From Candidatus Bathyarchaeota archaeon (GTDB lineage Archaea; Thermoproteota; Bathyarchaeia; 40CM-2-53-6), in assembly GCA_005888735.1 (NCBI GenBank), contig VBBN01000035.1, positions 11,671-75,670 on the forward strand: a DNA stretch of 64,000 bases. The letters run 5' to 3'. The position numbers and the translations under genes were made by a program. The notes below the pieces were generated by a model that saw only the letters and a program-made list of their open reading frames with translations, was not told the origin of the DNA and searched no databases. Each line of letters starts with the position of its first letter. Position 1 is the stretch's first letter. This document shows positions 29,770-40,001 of the stretch, piece after piece.

Positions 29770-30051
29770 TTATCCGGGGTCCTGAGTTTCGTTTGCACTA
29801 GGTTTTTGTTGTGGGTTGAAGTAGACTAACACGCTTGGCTCAGGAGAGCCTCCCTCCAAGAGCTTCCTCATCCAAGCTAAGCCTTGCTGACACCTGTCAT
29901 GGTGCTCTCGTAGCACCGTCGAGGTTATTTTCAACCTGAACCGTAGCCCTACCCAACTCTCAACCTCCTCCACAGGCATTCCACTGCGAACTGTCTCCTC
30001 GATCTCTCTACGCGTCATGTAGGGCAGGTCGCAAACCAGGCAAATTGCCAT
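29770..30051 (-). CDS. Small Zn-binding HTH-like protein
   Basis: CLVC...REIEE..RSG...LREHHDRC. Confidence 0.55.
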   Translation of the reverse strand: MAICLVCDLPYMTRREIEETVRSGMPVEEVESWVGLRFRLKITSTVLREHHDRCQQGLAWMRKLLEGGSPEPSVLVYFNPQQKPSANETQDPG

Positions 30052-30223
30052 GGGGCATCAAAAGCTGCATGAGTATCTTATTTGTGAGTGAGAACTGAAA
30101 CTGTGGGGGGGTGCCTCCGCTAGAATCGGAGTAGAGGCGTCGGAGGTAAGGGAAACCTCGGGAACTAGGGATAAGGAATCTGCTTGTAACCTTATAGCCA
30201 CTAGGTTCGGGCACGTCCCGGCC

Positions 30224-31669
30224 ATGGCCTCGAGCGGAAGAGTATCTTTGCATTCCCGTCTGGCTGTCCTGTCCAGCAGGAGGCGTCTCGTTCTGTTGGT
30301 TTCCGTTGCTTTCTTGGTTGTAGTGTGGTCGATTCTTGCTGTGCGTGCAGCTACGTATCAGCCTCCGTCAAACCTAGACAAGTATCCAGCTTCCTCCATT
30401 CCACCGTGGCTCGACACCGGAAGCAACGCCTGGATGCTGACAGCCGCGACACTTGTCGGTTTGATGAGCCTGCCCGGGCTGGCAATCTTCTACGGCGGCC
30501 TCGCAAAGAAGAGATTCATTCTCAACACGCTATTCATGATATTCTACGCCTACGCCTCTGTTCTACTCGTGTGGCTGCTCTTTGGATACAACTTCGGTTT
30601 CGGGAAGCCAGGAGTCAAAATTGGCGATTACGGGATACTCGGAATTCCCACTCCAGCCTTGGATGCCTCTTTCCTGGGCTCCCAAGCGGCAATAGGTCCC
30701 GCCCAAGTCTCGTACAATATTCCTATGCCATCCATGGTCTTCTTCCAGTTCGTATTCGCCGCCATTACGCCTGGGTTGTTCGCCGGAGCCGTCATTGAAA
30801 GAATCAGCTTCAAGGCTTGGATGATATTCGTCCCACTTTGGTCGCTGCTTGTTTACAGTCCACTCGCCTACTGGCTCTTCGCTGGTGGGTGGCTGAATCA
30901 GCTTGGCGCGGTAGATTTCTCAGGCGGTTATGTAATTCATCTGTCCGCAGGGATCACGGCCTTAGCCGCTGCCCTGGCAGTAGGACCTAGACTCGCCTCG
31001 GATAGACGTATCAAACCCCACAATGTAACACTTGTATTCATCGGCGCGGGGATTCTCTGGCTCGGCTGGAACGGCTTCAACGGAGGAGACCCCTACGGCG
31101 CCACCATCGATGCTGCGATCGCGGTTCTCAACACTGAGCTAGCCGGGGCAACCAGTGTAATCGCTTGGATGTTGTTGGATATGAAGTTCAAACACAAGCC
31201 CACTTTGATAGGTGCTACAACTGCAGCCGTTACGGGCTTGGTCGCGATCACCCCCGCGGCGGGATACGTCAACGGTTGGGGGGCCCTCATCATCGGAATT
31301 GCGGCGGGCACCATTCCTTGGGCGGCAACCGAAAAACTTGCACCGAGACTGAAGCTAGATGACGCCTTGGGAGTGTTCCCAGCCCACGGGGTCGCAGGCT
31401 TGACTGGGGGACTCTTAGCAGGAATTCTCGCGGACCCAGCCGTTACTCAGTTCGTCTACCCTGGCCTTACCGGTGCACTTTATGGTAACCTCTACGAACT
31501 GGGAATACAGGCTCTGGCTGCCTTAGTGGTAGTTGCCTATGTCTTCCCTGTATCATATGCTCTTCTAAAGGTGATAAGCCGGTTCACACCGCTCAAAGAG
31601 AGCGAGGAAAAACTGAAAGTTGGAGACGCTGCGATTCACGGAGAAATTGGGATTGACCTTGGCGACTGA
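30224..31669 (+). CDS. amt: Ammonium transporter (Amt family)
   Basis: [56 protein letters not shown]. Confidence 0.97.
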   Translation: MASSGRVSLHSRLAVLSSRRRLVLLVSVAFLVVVWSILAVRAATYQPPSNLDKYPASSIPPWLDTGSNAWMLTAATLVGLMSLPGLAIFYGGLAKKRFILNTLFMIFYAYASVLLVWLLFGYNFGFGKPGVKIGDYGILGIPTPALDASFLGSQAAIGPAQVSYNIPMPSMVFFQFVFAAITPGLFAGAVIERISFKAWMIFVPLWSLLVYSPLAYWLFAGGWLNQLGAVDFSGGYVIHLSAGITALAAALAVGPRLASDRRIKPHNVTLVFIGAGILWLGWNGFNGGDPYGATIDAAIAVLNTELAGATSVIAWMLLDMKFKHKPTLIGATTAAVTGLVAITPAAGYVNGWGALIIGIAAGTIPWAATEKLAPRLKLDDALGVFPAHGVAGLTGGLLAGILADPAVTQFVYPGLTGALYGNLYELGIQALAALVVVAYVFPVSYALLKVISRFTPLKESEEKLKVGDAAIHGEIGIDLGD

Positions 31670-31775
31670 AGTCGGCCTTCCCTAATCACGAACAGAAATT
31701 TTCAGAGTCAAGAATGAGGCAGGACCATTTATAGCACTGGTGAAAAACAGAATCGCGTAGTCTAAAACTCGAAAT

Positions 31776-31789
31776 CTTTCTTTTTTGTT
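31776..31789 (+). terminator. T-rich archaeal terminator between convergent genes
   Basis: TCTTTCTTTTTTGT-type run downstream of amt. Confidence 0.45.
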
Positions 31790-31806
31790 CCCTTTCAGAG
31801 CTTTCG

Positions 31807-32310
31807 CTAGGCTACGTAGTTTCTGTATTCCTTCTCGAATTCTTTCACAATCTCGAATTTGGGCAGTCTTCGAGTCCTGAGTTCTCCGTGGTGCTGGAAG
31901 CTCATCTCCGGGAAAACGATGGCAGGACCATCGACCGCCAGTTTGGTTGCCGGATGATCGGGGCCCAGTATCCGCCCGCAGATCTCACGTGTGAGCTTCC
32001 GAACCTGTCCCTCGTCCACATAACCGAGGGTGTGAAGGTACTCGTGAAGCAGTGTATAGTACACGTAAGCGTTTACCTGTCGTCTGTCCTTCGCTATGTG
32101 TGTGACTTGGTCTAGGAGGAGTCTGTTCATTACGATGAAATTGGAGCCTATCTGGTGAAAGGCGCCGATGTACTCGGGAAGGTCAGCCAGGCCTAGCATC
32201 AGTCCGGTTCGTCTCCTTCCTAGGCTGCTCTTGACAGAAGTCTTGACCAACTGGAAGACTTCTGAGAAGTTGAAGCTTCGGTCAAGGCTTTCAGATGTGT
32301 TCATCGGCAA
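31807..32310 (-). CDS. Conserved archaeal zincin-like protein (HExxH)
   Basis: IGAFH...LLHEYLHTLG..DE..VR.LT. Confidence 0.8.
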   Translation of the reverse strand: MPMNTSESLDRSFNFSEVFQLVKTSVKSSLGRRRTGLMLGLADLPEYIGAFHQIGSNFIVMNRLLLDQVTHIAKDRRQVNAYVYYTLLHEYLHTLGYVDEGQVRKLTREICGRILGPDHPATKLAVDGPAIVFPEMSFQHHGELRTRRLPKFEIVKEFEKEYRNYVA

Positions 32311-32380
32311 CCCCCATAACGAATTGTCAGGGTGAGCTAGAGAGCCCGAGGCGCTTATTTAAGGACTGGATTTCTGAAAA

Positions 32381-33118
32381 CTGATTCGGGGAGGCTTCTC
32401 GGGCCACACTAGGGAAGAGTGGAAGAGAATAGTCGATGCGGTTGAAACCTCTGTCCCTCTCTACGAGACTATTAGCGAGAGGATCTCCCTAAACCTCGCG
32501 AGCTCACTTAGGCGACGGGCGGTCTCCTTATTGTTGCGGAGGAGGCGTGACTGGGTCCTCGATTCGGGTGCCGGTCCGGGTGTTTCAACTAGCTTATTGG
32601 TTGAGTATGGGTTTGAGAAGGTTGTTGCTCTGGACCCTTCTGTGAAGCTGCTCAGGTTTGCGAGGTCGAAGCTCGGGGGTGGTTTCGAACCTGTTGTCGG
32701 GACGGCTGAATGCTTGCCTTTCAAACCTCATTCTTTCGGGGCGGTCCTTACATGTTTCTCGCTGAGAGATGTCAGAGACTTGGCTCGCAGTCTACAAGAG
32801 TTCGCCCAAGCCGGGAACCCTGGGTGTCTTCTCGCCATTGTCGATGTAGGAAAACCTGATGCCGCTCTTGCTCGCACTCTGGTTGGTCTTTACATCAGGC
32901 ACGTCATGCCGGTGCTCACGAGACTGTTGGTGCGCAATCGCCTCGTAGGAAATCCCTTCAGAATGATTGTCCCGACATTCGACCGACTGGTGACAAACCA
33001 GACTCTCGTGGCCACTGTCCAAGAGAAGTTTGCGAGTGCAAAACTGGCCGAGTCTCTTTTGGGGGGACTGATCCTCATAGAAGGAGTCGGAACAGCACCT
33101 TTGGACTCCCCCGATTGA
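32381..33118 (+). CDS. UbiE-like class I SAM methyltransferase
   Basis: VLDSGAGPG, ALDPS, AECLPF, FSLRDV. Frame is open back to CTG 32381/ATT 32384, about 20 nt after a TTATTTAA box. Confidence 0.85.
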   Translation: MIRGGFSGHTREEWKRIVDAVETSVPLYETISERISLNLASSLRRRAVSLLLRRRRDWVLDSGAGPGVSTSLLVEYGFEKVVALDPSVKLLRFARSKLGGGFEPVVGTAECLPFKPHSFGAVLTCFSLRDVRDLARSLQEFAQAGNPGCLLAIVDVGKPDAALARTLVGLYIRHVMPVLTRLLVRNRLVGNPFRMIVPTFDRLVTNQTLVATVQEKFASAKLAESLLGGLILIEGVGTAPLDSPD

Positions 33119-33531
33119 AAGGCCATCCTTCCCCGTTCAACCTTCCTAACTTGGTCTCCCCGAGGCTGTGAAAGTAATCAGTGGACGACAAGCGTGAATC
33201 GCCCAGAACAAGCCCTGAATCGTAATCTGTCAGCGATTAGTTACGCTCCCCCGTGATGGTGTTAAGGAAAGCCTAACTATTCCATAGTCCGAAAATTCTA
33301 GACTTGCCCATAACACGCCCTGTCAGCTGATACTCGCCCGTTCTCCCCGCCTGACAGAAAACGAGCCCAGAAAAAATGACAGGGTACGGACGCGGCCGTT
33401 TGAGACGTGAGAGACGCTAGCCAGCCACATGAGAGAAGTCCTTCGAACAAGCCGCCCGCCTCAAACGTTTTTCGCACCTCTCTTTCGCTTTAGGACTAGC
33501 CAGTCTACATTTCAGACTGGACCGGGAAGCT

Positions 33532-35784
33532 TTGAAGAGTCTAGGCTGGGTTTTCGACCTTTACCATCAAAACGGCCAGATGATAGTCTGGCTGAAGAAA
33601 GATAACGGTAGCTGCGTACGGCTCGTTGACCAGTGGAGGCCACGAGTCTACATCGCAGGCGAAACTCGAGATCTACTAGAGCTCGCTTGCAGGGACGAGT
33701 TTACCACGTCACGGCTTGTTTGGAAATATGAGCAGCCTGGCGACATTGAAAAGACTCGAGCATTGGAAGTAGAGGTCGAAGGCGATCGTGAAGCCTTAGC
33801 GCTCGCGGAGAGAATCGAGAGAAACGGCCGCTATTCCATGTTCCGTCTCTACAATGTTGATATTCCACCATCCCAAATGTACCTCTACGAGAAAAACCTC
33901 TTTCCACTCGCATACGTGGAAGTGGAACAATGCGAAGGAAAGGTTCACTGGTCACTAAAAGATTCGAGAGAAGCGGTAGACTATGAACTCCCACATTTCA
34001 AAACCATCACAGTCCAAGTAAAGACAGCGACCGATAGAAGGATCCAAGGCTTCGCAGACGAGCTTAAGTCTTTACGCATTTCCTCCGAGGATGAAGCTCT
34101 AACGATAGATTCTGGCAGCGAGGCTGAGAAGCTCGCAGAAACCTCCAAGGCATTCCAAGAATTAGACCCTGATATTGTTCGCACAGAAGGCGGAGACTCT
34201 TTCATCTTTCCCTACCTGGCCGGTAGAGCTCGAAAGAACAATGTCCTCGCCAAGCTTGTGCTGGGCCGCGAGCCCTCACCCCTCAACGTGTACAGCGTGC
34301 AGGGGCACAGCTACTTCTCGTATGGAAAGATACTGTACCGTGAGACAGCAGTCCGGCTCCCAGGAAGGCTGCACCTAGACCAGACGAACGCCTACATCAG
34401 CAACGACTGCGACCTTGAGGGACTCTTCGAAGTCTCGAGAACTTGCATAATCCCAGTCCAACGCGCGTCAAGAGCAACAATCGGGACGAGCATGACCTCG
34501 CTCCAACTCTACAACGCTGTAAAACAGGAGGTCCTCATTCCCTGGAACAAGAACAAGGCTGAAGACTGGAAGAGAGACGAGGAACTGATCGTCGCTGATA
34601 GAGGGGGCTTCATCTACGAACCCCAAACAGGCGTCCACGACAATATCGGAGAGCTGGACTTTTCCTCCCTCTACCCAATGGTTATGCTACAACAAAACTT
34701 GAGCGGAGAAACCGTTGGATGCTCCTGCTGCCGTGATTCTGCCTACAGAGTCCCGGAACTAGGCTACAACATATGCCAGCGCTGGCAGGGCATCGTCCCG
34801 CGCAGCCTCGAAATTCTCCTCGCGAAAAGAGCAGCCTACAAGAAACTCAAAGAAAACGCGGACCCACCACCCGCGGAGGTATATTCGAAACGCCAAGCCG
34901 CGCTGAAATGGATCCTAGTCTGCTCATAGCCGCCTAGTAAGCGGCGGGCAATCGGCTACCTGGGGTTCAAGAACGCTCGGTTCGGAAAAATTGACGCGCA
35001 CATTGCAACCTGCGCCTTCTCTCGGAGGGTATTGAAACAAGCGATAGAAATCGTGGAAGCGCACGGGTTCGAAATAGTTCACGCTATTGTGGACTCAATG
35101 TGGCTTCGCAAGCCCGGATCCACTCGAGAGGAGTACGAGGACGTCTGCGAGGAGCTTAGAGACCGATTGAACCTTCCCATCAGCTTCGAAGGCCGGTATA
35201 AATGGATCGTTTTCCTCAACTCAAAAGTTGACCGGCAAGCTGCAGTGCTGAACCGGTATTATGGAGTCTTCGAAGACAAGACTTTGAAAGTTAGAGGGAT
35301 AGAATTGAGAAAACACGACACGCCGAGAATAGTGCAGAGGTGTCAAGACAAGATGCTGAAAGTATTCTCTAAAGCCTCCGATTCGCAAGAGTTCCACGAA
35401 CTAGTTCCCGAGGCCTTGAAAGTGCTCATAGAGCATGTTTCAATGGTTAGACAAGACAAAATTCCGATAGAGGATTTGGTTGTTGTCAAGAGTCTGAGCA
35501 AGAACCCCGGAGAGTACACGAACCTTGTCCCCCAGGCCATCGCGGCTCGACAGATTCAGAGAGAAGGAGGCTCGGTCCATTGTGGACAGAGCATCAGTTA
35601 CGTTCTCACATTCGACAAGTCCAGCGTAGAAAACAACCGTGCCAGGCCCTCACAGCTCTTGGATGAGAGCACACCCTATGACAAGCTGTGGTACGAGGAT
35701 CTGCTAGTCTCTTCTGCAGCGAACCTCTTGATGCCCTTCGGACTTGACAAGGTGCAAATCAAACATCTACTCCATGACGGCTAG
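33532..35784 (+). CDS. polB2: Family B DNA polymerase, PolB2-type, with exons 33532-34927 and 34952-35784 (742 aa after predicted splicing)
   Basis: Motif A DFSSLYP, motif B RQAALKWILVCS/FGYLGFKNARFG, PolB2-like motif C HAIVDS, NRYYG, KVRGIE; exonuclease motifs look degenerate. Confidence 0.88.
34928..34951 (+). other. 24-nt bulge-helix-bulge (tRNA-type) intron in the polB2 mRNA
   Basis: AGCCGCCTAGTAAGCGGCGGGCAA. Bulges AUA and AAU, central helix GCUC/GGGC, intron stem GCCGC/GCGGC; removal gives TCA TTC GGC TAC (SFGY). Confidence 0.85.
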
Positions 35785-35914
35785 CCTCTAGGCATTTCTA
35801 AAACCAAAGAATGCAACCCTCCACCTAGGACCATAGGCGTCACTCTACTGCCACGTGTATAGTACAGGCCGCATCAAATACCAGAAGAGGACTACCTAAG
35901 CACTGGTAAGAAAA

Positions 35915-36442
35915 ATGTCCAAATCTGCATCAACCAGCTTCATCTTCGCCAACTGCAAAGGTGCTATCACCAATACCATAAACCAGATACGAAGAATCAG
36001 CAACGTCGAAACTGTGACACCCGTCACTGGCCGTTTCGACCTCGTCATCAAGCTCCGAACTAACGAGCCAACGAAAGCCTTCAACGTGCTTGAGAGAATC
36101 AGAGGTATCAAAAACATCACTAACACTCAGACAGCGCTATCCTTCCAATCTATTTCGAGCGGGACTTCGAGGGCTTCGGAAGAGGACGAGCAACCTCTCG
36201 CCTTTGCGCTAGTGAAGGTGAAAGGGGCTTTCCAGAATGTTCTTCGAAGGATCAAGTCCTTCCCGAACTTTCTAGAGGCTCATGTGATCCCTGGAGAGTT
36301 CGACGTCGTCGCCGCTTTCAAAGGCTACAGCCACGAGGAGCTCTTGGAGAATTCCGTTGAGAAGCTCAACACTATCAATGGAATAACCTCTAGCGAGACC
36401 CTCATCGCCTGGAACCCCACCAACGCCACCAGCACATACTAA
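35915..36442 (+). CDS. Tandem Lrp/AsnC ligand-binding (RAM) domain protein lacking an HTH
   Basis: Two repeats: VTGRFDLVIKL...ITNTQT and IPGEFDVVAAF...ITSSET. Confidence 0.85.
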   Translation: MSKSASTSFIFANCKGAITNTINQIRRISNVETVTPVTGRFDLVIKLRTNEPTKAFNVLERIRGIKNITNTQTALSFQSISSGTSRASEEDEQPLAFALVKVKGAFQNVLRRIKSFPNFLEAHVIPGEFDVVAAFKGYSHEELLENSVEKLNTINGITSSETLIAWNPTNATSTY

Positions 36443-36451
36443 ACTCGGCCT

Positions 36452-36489
36452 GGAAGCCAGAACTCAGCTTCCTTCTCCTTTTTTTTCTT
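36452..36489 (+). terminator. Hairpin plus T-run terminator
   Basis: GGAAGC-N9-GCTTCC followed by a T-rich tract. Confidence 0.55.
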
Positions 36490-36525
36490 GACTAACCTGT
36501 TGTTGAAGTCTTAACCGGTTTTTTT

Positions 36526-37563
36526 TCACCGCGCTGCGATTTTCCTGTTAGACCTCTGATTTCGTGAGGATAGACTCCCATCGTCCACTGCAAGTAATCC
36601 ACTCGCCCAAGTCGCGGGTTCCGGTTCAGCATAGTCGCAACGTCCTTCAAGGGTTACTTGAGAGCCCTCAATTCTTGCGGGTGCATGGGCAGCTCGGAGC
36701 AATATGTTCTCCATTTCCCTGTTACGTGATTGGAGAGTTGTCGTGAGGATGATTGTTTCTGTTTGTTCCGCGATCGCTCTTAGGAGCCTGACGCCTTTGG
36801 CGAAAAGGTTGATAGATTCTTTCGCGTTTTTTACATCGGGGTCACAGTAGAGCTGCGTTATGTCTGAAACAACGGTGAACTTCGTGTTGTAGCGGTCTAT
36901 TCCATTGCGAAGTCGGGTGACAAGTGAATCCACTTGGTGGTGTGTGAAAGCCCTGCTGAGATGAATACGCTCATGTACCTTCCTATGATCTAAACCAAGG
37001 ATTGTTGCATAATGGTCTATTGCGTAAGAGTCGAACATGTTTCCGCCATCGATGAAAATGCAGTCACTGTTAAGACCCTCAGGCTCTGGAAGGATGGCCC
37101 TTACGCAAAGTAGGTGGCTGAAGCTAAGTGATGGCTCTCCATGAAGAGAGACTAGTTGCCCTTTCCTAATTACGAGGACCCGGTCGAAGTATTCGACCCC
37201 TGTTCTCAGGCTTTGCCTCAAGTTCCGCGTCAAACGATTACCCCTCACGAGGCTTAGAGTGAAAGGATCTGAGGGCGGGACAATACTGTCTGGGTCAGAG
37301 CAGTTGGTATTGGTGTAGAGAGCTGCTCCATCCGGGACTTTGAAAGGGTCGCGTTTTAGGTTGTTTTCTAGCTCGAAGCCGCATCCGGGGCACGTGTTAT
37401 CGAAGATAAGGACTATTTTGAGGGGATGGATATCTCTCGCTGTGAGGATTAGAGCTTCATCGCATAAACCGCAGTAGTAGAGTTGCCCTTGTGCTCCTTT
37501 TTCAGGCTGGTTTATTTGCCATGTTTTTGGTGCGAGCGGTTGCCCAGTTAGCTTTGCTGCCAT
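36526..37563 (-). CDS. Inactivated RadA/RecA-like paralog with N-terminal Zn ribbon
   Basis: CGLC...CPGC; RecA-fold LRTG...FD, FIDGGNMFD, IHLSRAFTHHQ, VVSDI; Walker A degenerate (HGEPSLSF). Confidence 0.8.
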   Translation of the reverse strand: MAAKLTGQPLAPKTWQINQPEKGAQGQLYYCGLCDEALILTARDIHPLKIVLIFDNTCPGCGFELENNLKRDPFKVPDGAALYTNTNCSDPDSIVPPSDPFTLSLVRGNRLTRNLRQSLRTGVEYFDRVLVIRKGQLVSLHGEPSLSFSHLLCVRAILPEPEGLNSDCIFIDGGNMFDSYAIDHYATILGLDHRKVHERIHLSRAFTHHQVDSLVTRLRNGIDRYNTKFTVVSDITQLYCDPDVKNAKESINLFAKGVRLLRAIAEQTETIILTTTLQSRNREMENILLRAAHAPARIEGSQVTLEGRCDYAEPEPATWASGLLAVDDGSLSSRNQRSNRKIAAR

Positions 37564-37584
37564 TCCGGGCCCAATTGAGCGTTC

Positions 37585-38556
37585 CTAGTCGTCTCGCTTG
37601 TTTCTCGGGGTTGCATCTTCGACTCCTTTCTCTGTAATTTGGAAGTAGTTTTCCGACTCGGGGAGGTATGGTGAGTCGATTATTTTCGCGATGCGTATTC
37701 CGCCGGAGGCTTTCTTTAGCATGACTCTGTGCGTGGAAGCGTGGGCGAGAATGTTTCCTCCTGCAGGCCGCATAGGGTCTCCAAAGAATGCTTGAGGGTT
37801 GGCTTGTACTTGGTTGGTGATGACTACTGCGAGATTGAGTGCTTGGGCGATTCGGAGGAGTTTGTGGAGGTGGCTGTTGAGGCGTTGTTGTCGTTCGGCG
37901 AGGCTTTCTCGGCCGATGTATTCGCCTCTGAAGTGGCTTAGGATTGAGTCGACTACCATGAGTTTTACGTTCTCTTCTTTGCAGATTTTGAAGGAATGGT
38001 CTACTGTGAGAATTTGATGGTCGCTATTGTAGGCTCGACTGTATATTATTCCGTCGAGTACTTTCTCAGGGTCGAGTTGTAGGCTTTGCGCCATTTGATG
38101 GACTCTCTGGGCGCTGAAAGTTCCTTCAGTGTCAATAAAGAGGACTCGTCCTTCTAGTCCACCGTCTTTGTTTAGTTGTTGGGCGTTGACGCTGAGCCTC
38201 ATGCATATCTGTGACTTTCCTGCTCCAAACTCTCCAACGAATTCGGTGATCGCCTGTGTTTCAAGGCCCCCTCCTAGTAGCTTGTTGAGGTTGTTGCTGC
38301 CGAAGCTGAGACGCTGGAGGGTTTGACGTCTCTCCCAGAGCTGTTTGGCTGTCACGAAGTCTGTATGGATTGTTTGACGTGCAGCACGGCTGATTTTGAG
38401 AGCTGTGCTGTGTTCGAGGTTGGCCTTTTCGACCAGTTCCTTTATGGGTGCTATGGCGAGGCTTTCGACGCTGTCGAAGCCTGCTTCGTGGAGTTTGCCG
38501 GCGGTTACTGGTCCAACGCCATCAAGGTCTTGGATGTCAGCTATTTCTGTGGACAA
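37585..38556 (-). CDS. radA: DNA repair and recombination protein RadA
   Basis: N-terminal HhH (GVGP.TA.KL), GEFGAGKSQ, IDTEGTF, VVDS, LAERQQ.L, TNQV, GG.ILAHAST.R. Confidence 0.97.
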   Translation of the reverse strand: MSTEIADIQDLDGVGPVTAGKLHEAGFDSVESLAIAPIKELVEKANLEHSTALKISRAARQTIHTDFVTAKQLWERRQTLQRLSFGSNNLNKLLGGGLETQAITEFVGEFGAGKSQICMRLSVNAQQLNKDGGLEGRVLFIDTEGTFSAQRVHQMAQSLQLDPEKVLDGIIYSRAYNSDHQILTVDHSFKICKEENVKLMVVDSILSHFRGEYIGRESLAERQQRLNSHLHKLLRIAQALNLAVVITNQVQANPQAFFGDPMRPAGGNILAHASTHRVMLKKASGGIRIAKIIDSPYLPESENYFQITEKGVEDATPRNKRDD

Positions 38557-38740
38557 GTTTGAACCTGTACAGTGCCATGGTTGGGAGGCTAATCTCGGAG
38601 AGTGAGGGGCGAAAGTAATCCATCCTGTTCTAACGGGTTGAGCAGAGTGTCCACGTGAGGCTGGGCGGGAAGGTCGACTGTAAGAGTATCGGTTATATCG
38701 CTCGAAGAGGTTTGATGGGGTTATCCGGACTTTCCCATAG

Positions 38741-39358
38741 ATGGAAGACCGTTTCCGAAACCCCCTTGCTGATGTAGTTGCTGCACGTTATGCATCTCAC
38801 ACCTCGCTGTACAGGGCCGCACTGAAGGACACAAGGTTCTCCTCAGGCTTCGGAATGTATCCTGACACGTACAGGCCTAAGACAGGAGGTTCGCTGGCTT
38901 GGGTCCTGGTCAAGTTCGGCTTTGTCGGAGGACTGGGCATTTTTCTCAATACGTACATCCTCTACCTCCTCACAGGACTTTACACTGAAAGATTCCTGTT
39001 GCCAAACGCTGTAGTCAGCAGCGAGGCTGCGATTCTAGCTAACTTCTCCTTGAACGAGCTGTTGGTGTTCAGGGCTCGGAACGGGAGTAGCCTGGTCCAT
39101 CGGATTCTGCTCTTCAACTTGGTCTCGTCTGCGGACCTGGTGTTGAGGCTTCCCCTCTTGTGGGGTTTGACGACTTTTCTGAACGTTCAATATTTGAGGT
39201 CCAATCTTTATGCGATACTCTTGACTTTTGGGGCTCGGTTTGTTATTAGCGAGAAAAAGATATGGTCGAAAGCTGCTAGTAATGCCGAACGAAAGCTTCC
39301 ACAGAATGCACGAGGTCCAGCCATGGCTGAACCTGCAACTGATACAGCTCACCACTAG
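38741..39358 (+). CDS. GtrA family membrane protein
   Basis: VKFGFVGG.G...N..ILYLL...NF.LN...VF, four TM. True start may be ATG 38855. Confidence 0.8.
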   Translation: MEDRFRNPLADVVAARYASHTSLYRAALKDTRFSSGFGMYPDTYRPKTGGSLAWVLVKFGFVGGLGIFLNTYILYLLTGLYTERFLLPNAVVSSEAAILANFSLNELLVFRARNGSSLVHRILLFNLVSSADLVLRLPLLWGLTTFLNVQYLRSNLYAILLTFGARFVISEKKIWSKAASNAERKLPQNARGPAMAEPATDTAHH

Positions 39359-40001
39359 GTGTCCGGGAGAATTCTGAAACGCTTTTCCTCACGAGGTCGT
39401 CGACTATCATTACTCGTTTCTTTACGTAGTCGCTCTTCTCAGCGACGGGCAATTGCCCGAAAACCTGTGGGGCAGCGAGTCGGACGGAAGCGTACATGGC
39501 CCATGCTAGGTCACGGATTTCCCACTGGGCGTCGGCGGCACAACGCAGGTTGAAGAAGTGCAACAGTTGGCGGGGGCTCATGCTCATGACAATGTTGGTC
39601 GTAGCGGCGTTTGGCCGGAGGTAGCGGCTGTCTTCCGCTTTGACACCTCTCTGGACGAGTTCTTCTTCAGCTTGACGGGTCAAGTCCATCACGTCGGCGA
39701 AGCTCAGCTCTAGTTTTTGCTTGTTAATTTCGACCGGGACCCGGAGATTGTCTGGTATGCTGGGAGGTTTGAGGTAGCCATAGCTACGGGTGATTTTCAC
39801 GTAGCGCTGGCTTTGCTGGCTAAAGCTGGCGACTCTGTGTCGGACGATTTGATGGCTTGCGGCTCGGCTAACACCTTGGAGGTCGAAGGTGAAGCTGCCG
39901 TGCCGGTGAAGGTCTTCGTTTGCGAACTTTACGCCTCGGACTTGGAGTGCGCGTATGAGATGCGGATAGTCAGTGTAGCTGAAAAGTATCGACTTTGTCA
40001 T
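39276..40001 (-). CDS. thyX: Flavin-dependent thymidylate synthase ThyX, catalytic half
   Basis: FTFDLQGVSRAASHQIVRHRVASFSQQSQRYV, EDSRY, LR...AQWEIR. Confidence 0.92.
   Translation of the reverse strand: MTKSILFSYTDYPHLIRALQVRGVKFANEDLHRHGSFTFDLQGVSRAASHQIVRHRVASFSQQSQRYVKITRSYGYLKPPSIPDNLRVPVEINKQKLELSFADVMDLTRQAEEELVQRGVKAEDSRYLRPNAATTNIVMSMSPRQLLHFFNLRCAADAQWEIRDLAWAMYASVRLAAPQVFGQLPVAEKSDYVKKRVMIVDDLVRKSVSEFSRTPSGELYQLQVQPWLDLVHSVEAFVRHY

Noticed and set aside
34927..34929. Pyrrolysine or amber readthrough, or simple pseudogenisation of polB2
   Set aside because: Readthrough would add eight residues and remove the conserved aromatic residue of motif B. The rest of the gene shows no decay, and a random insertion is unlikely to give an exact BHB.
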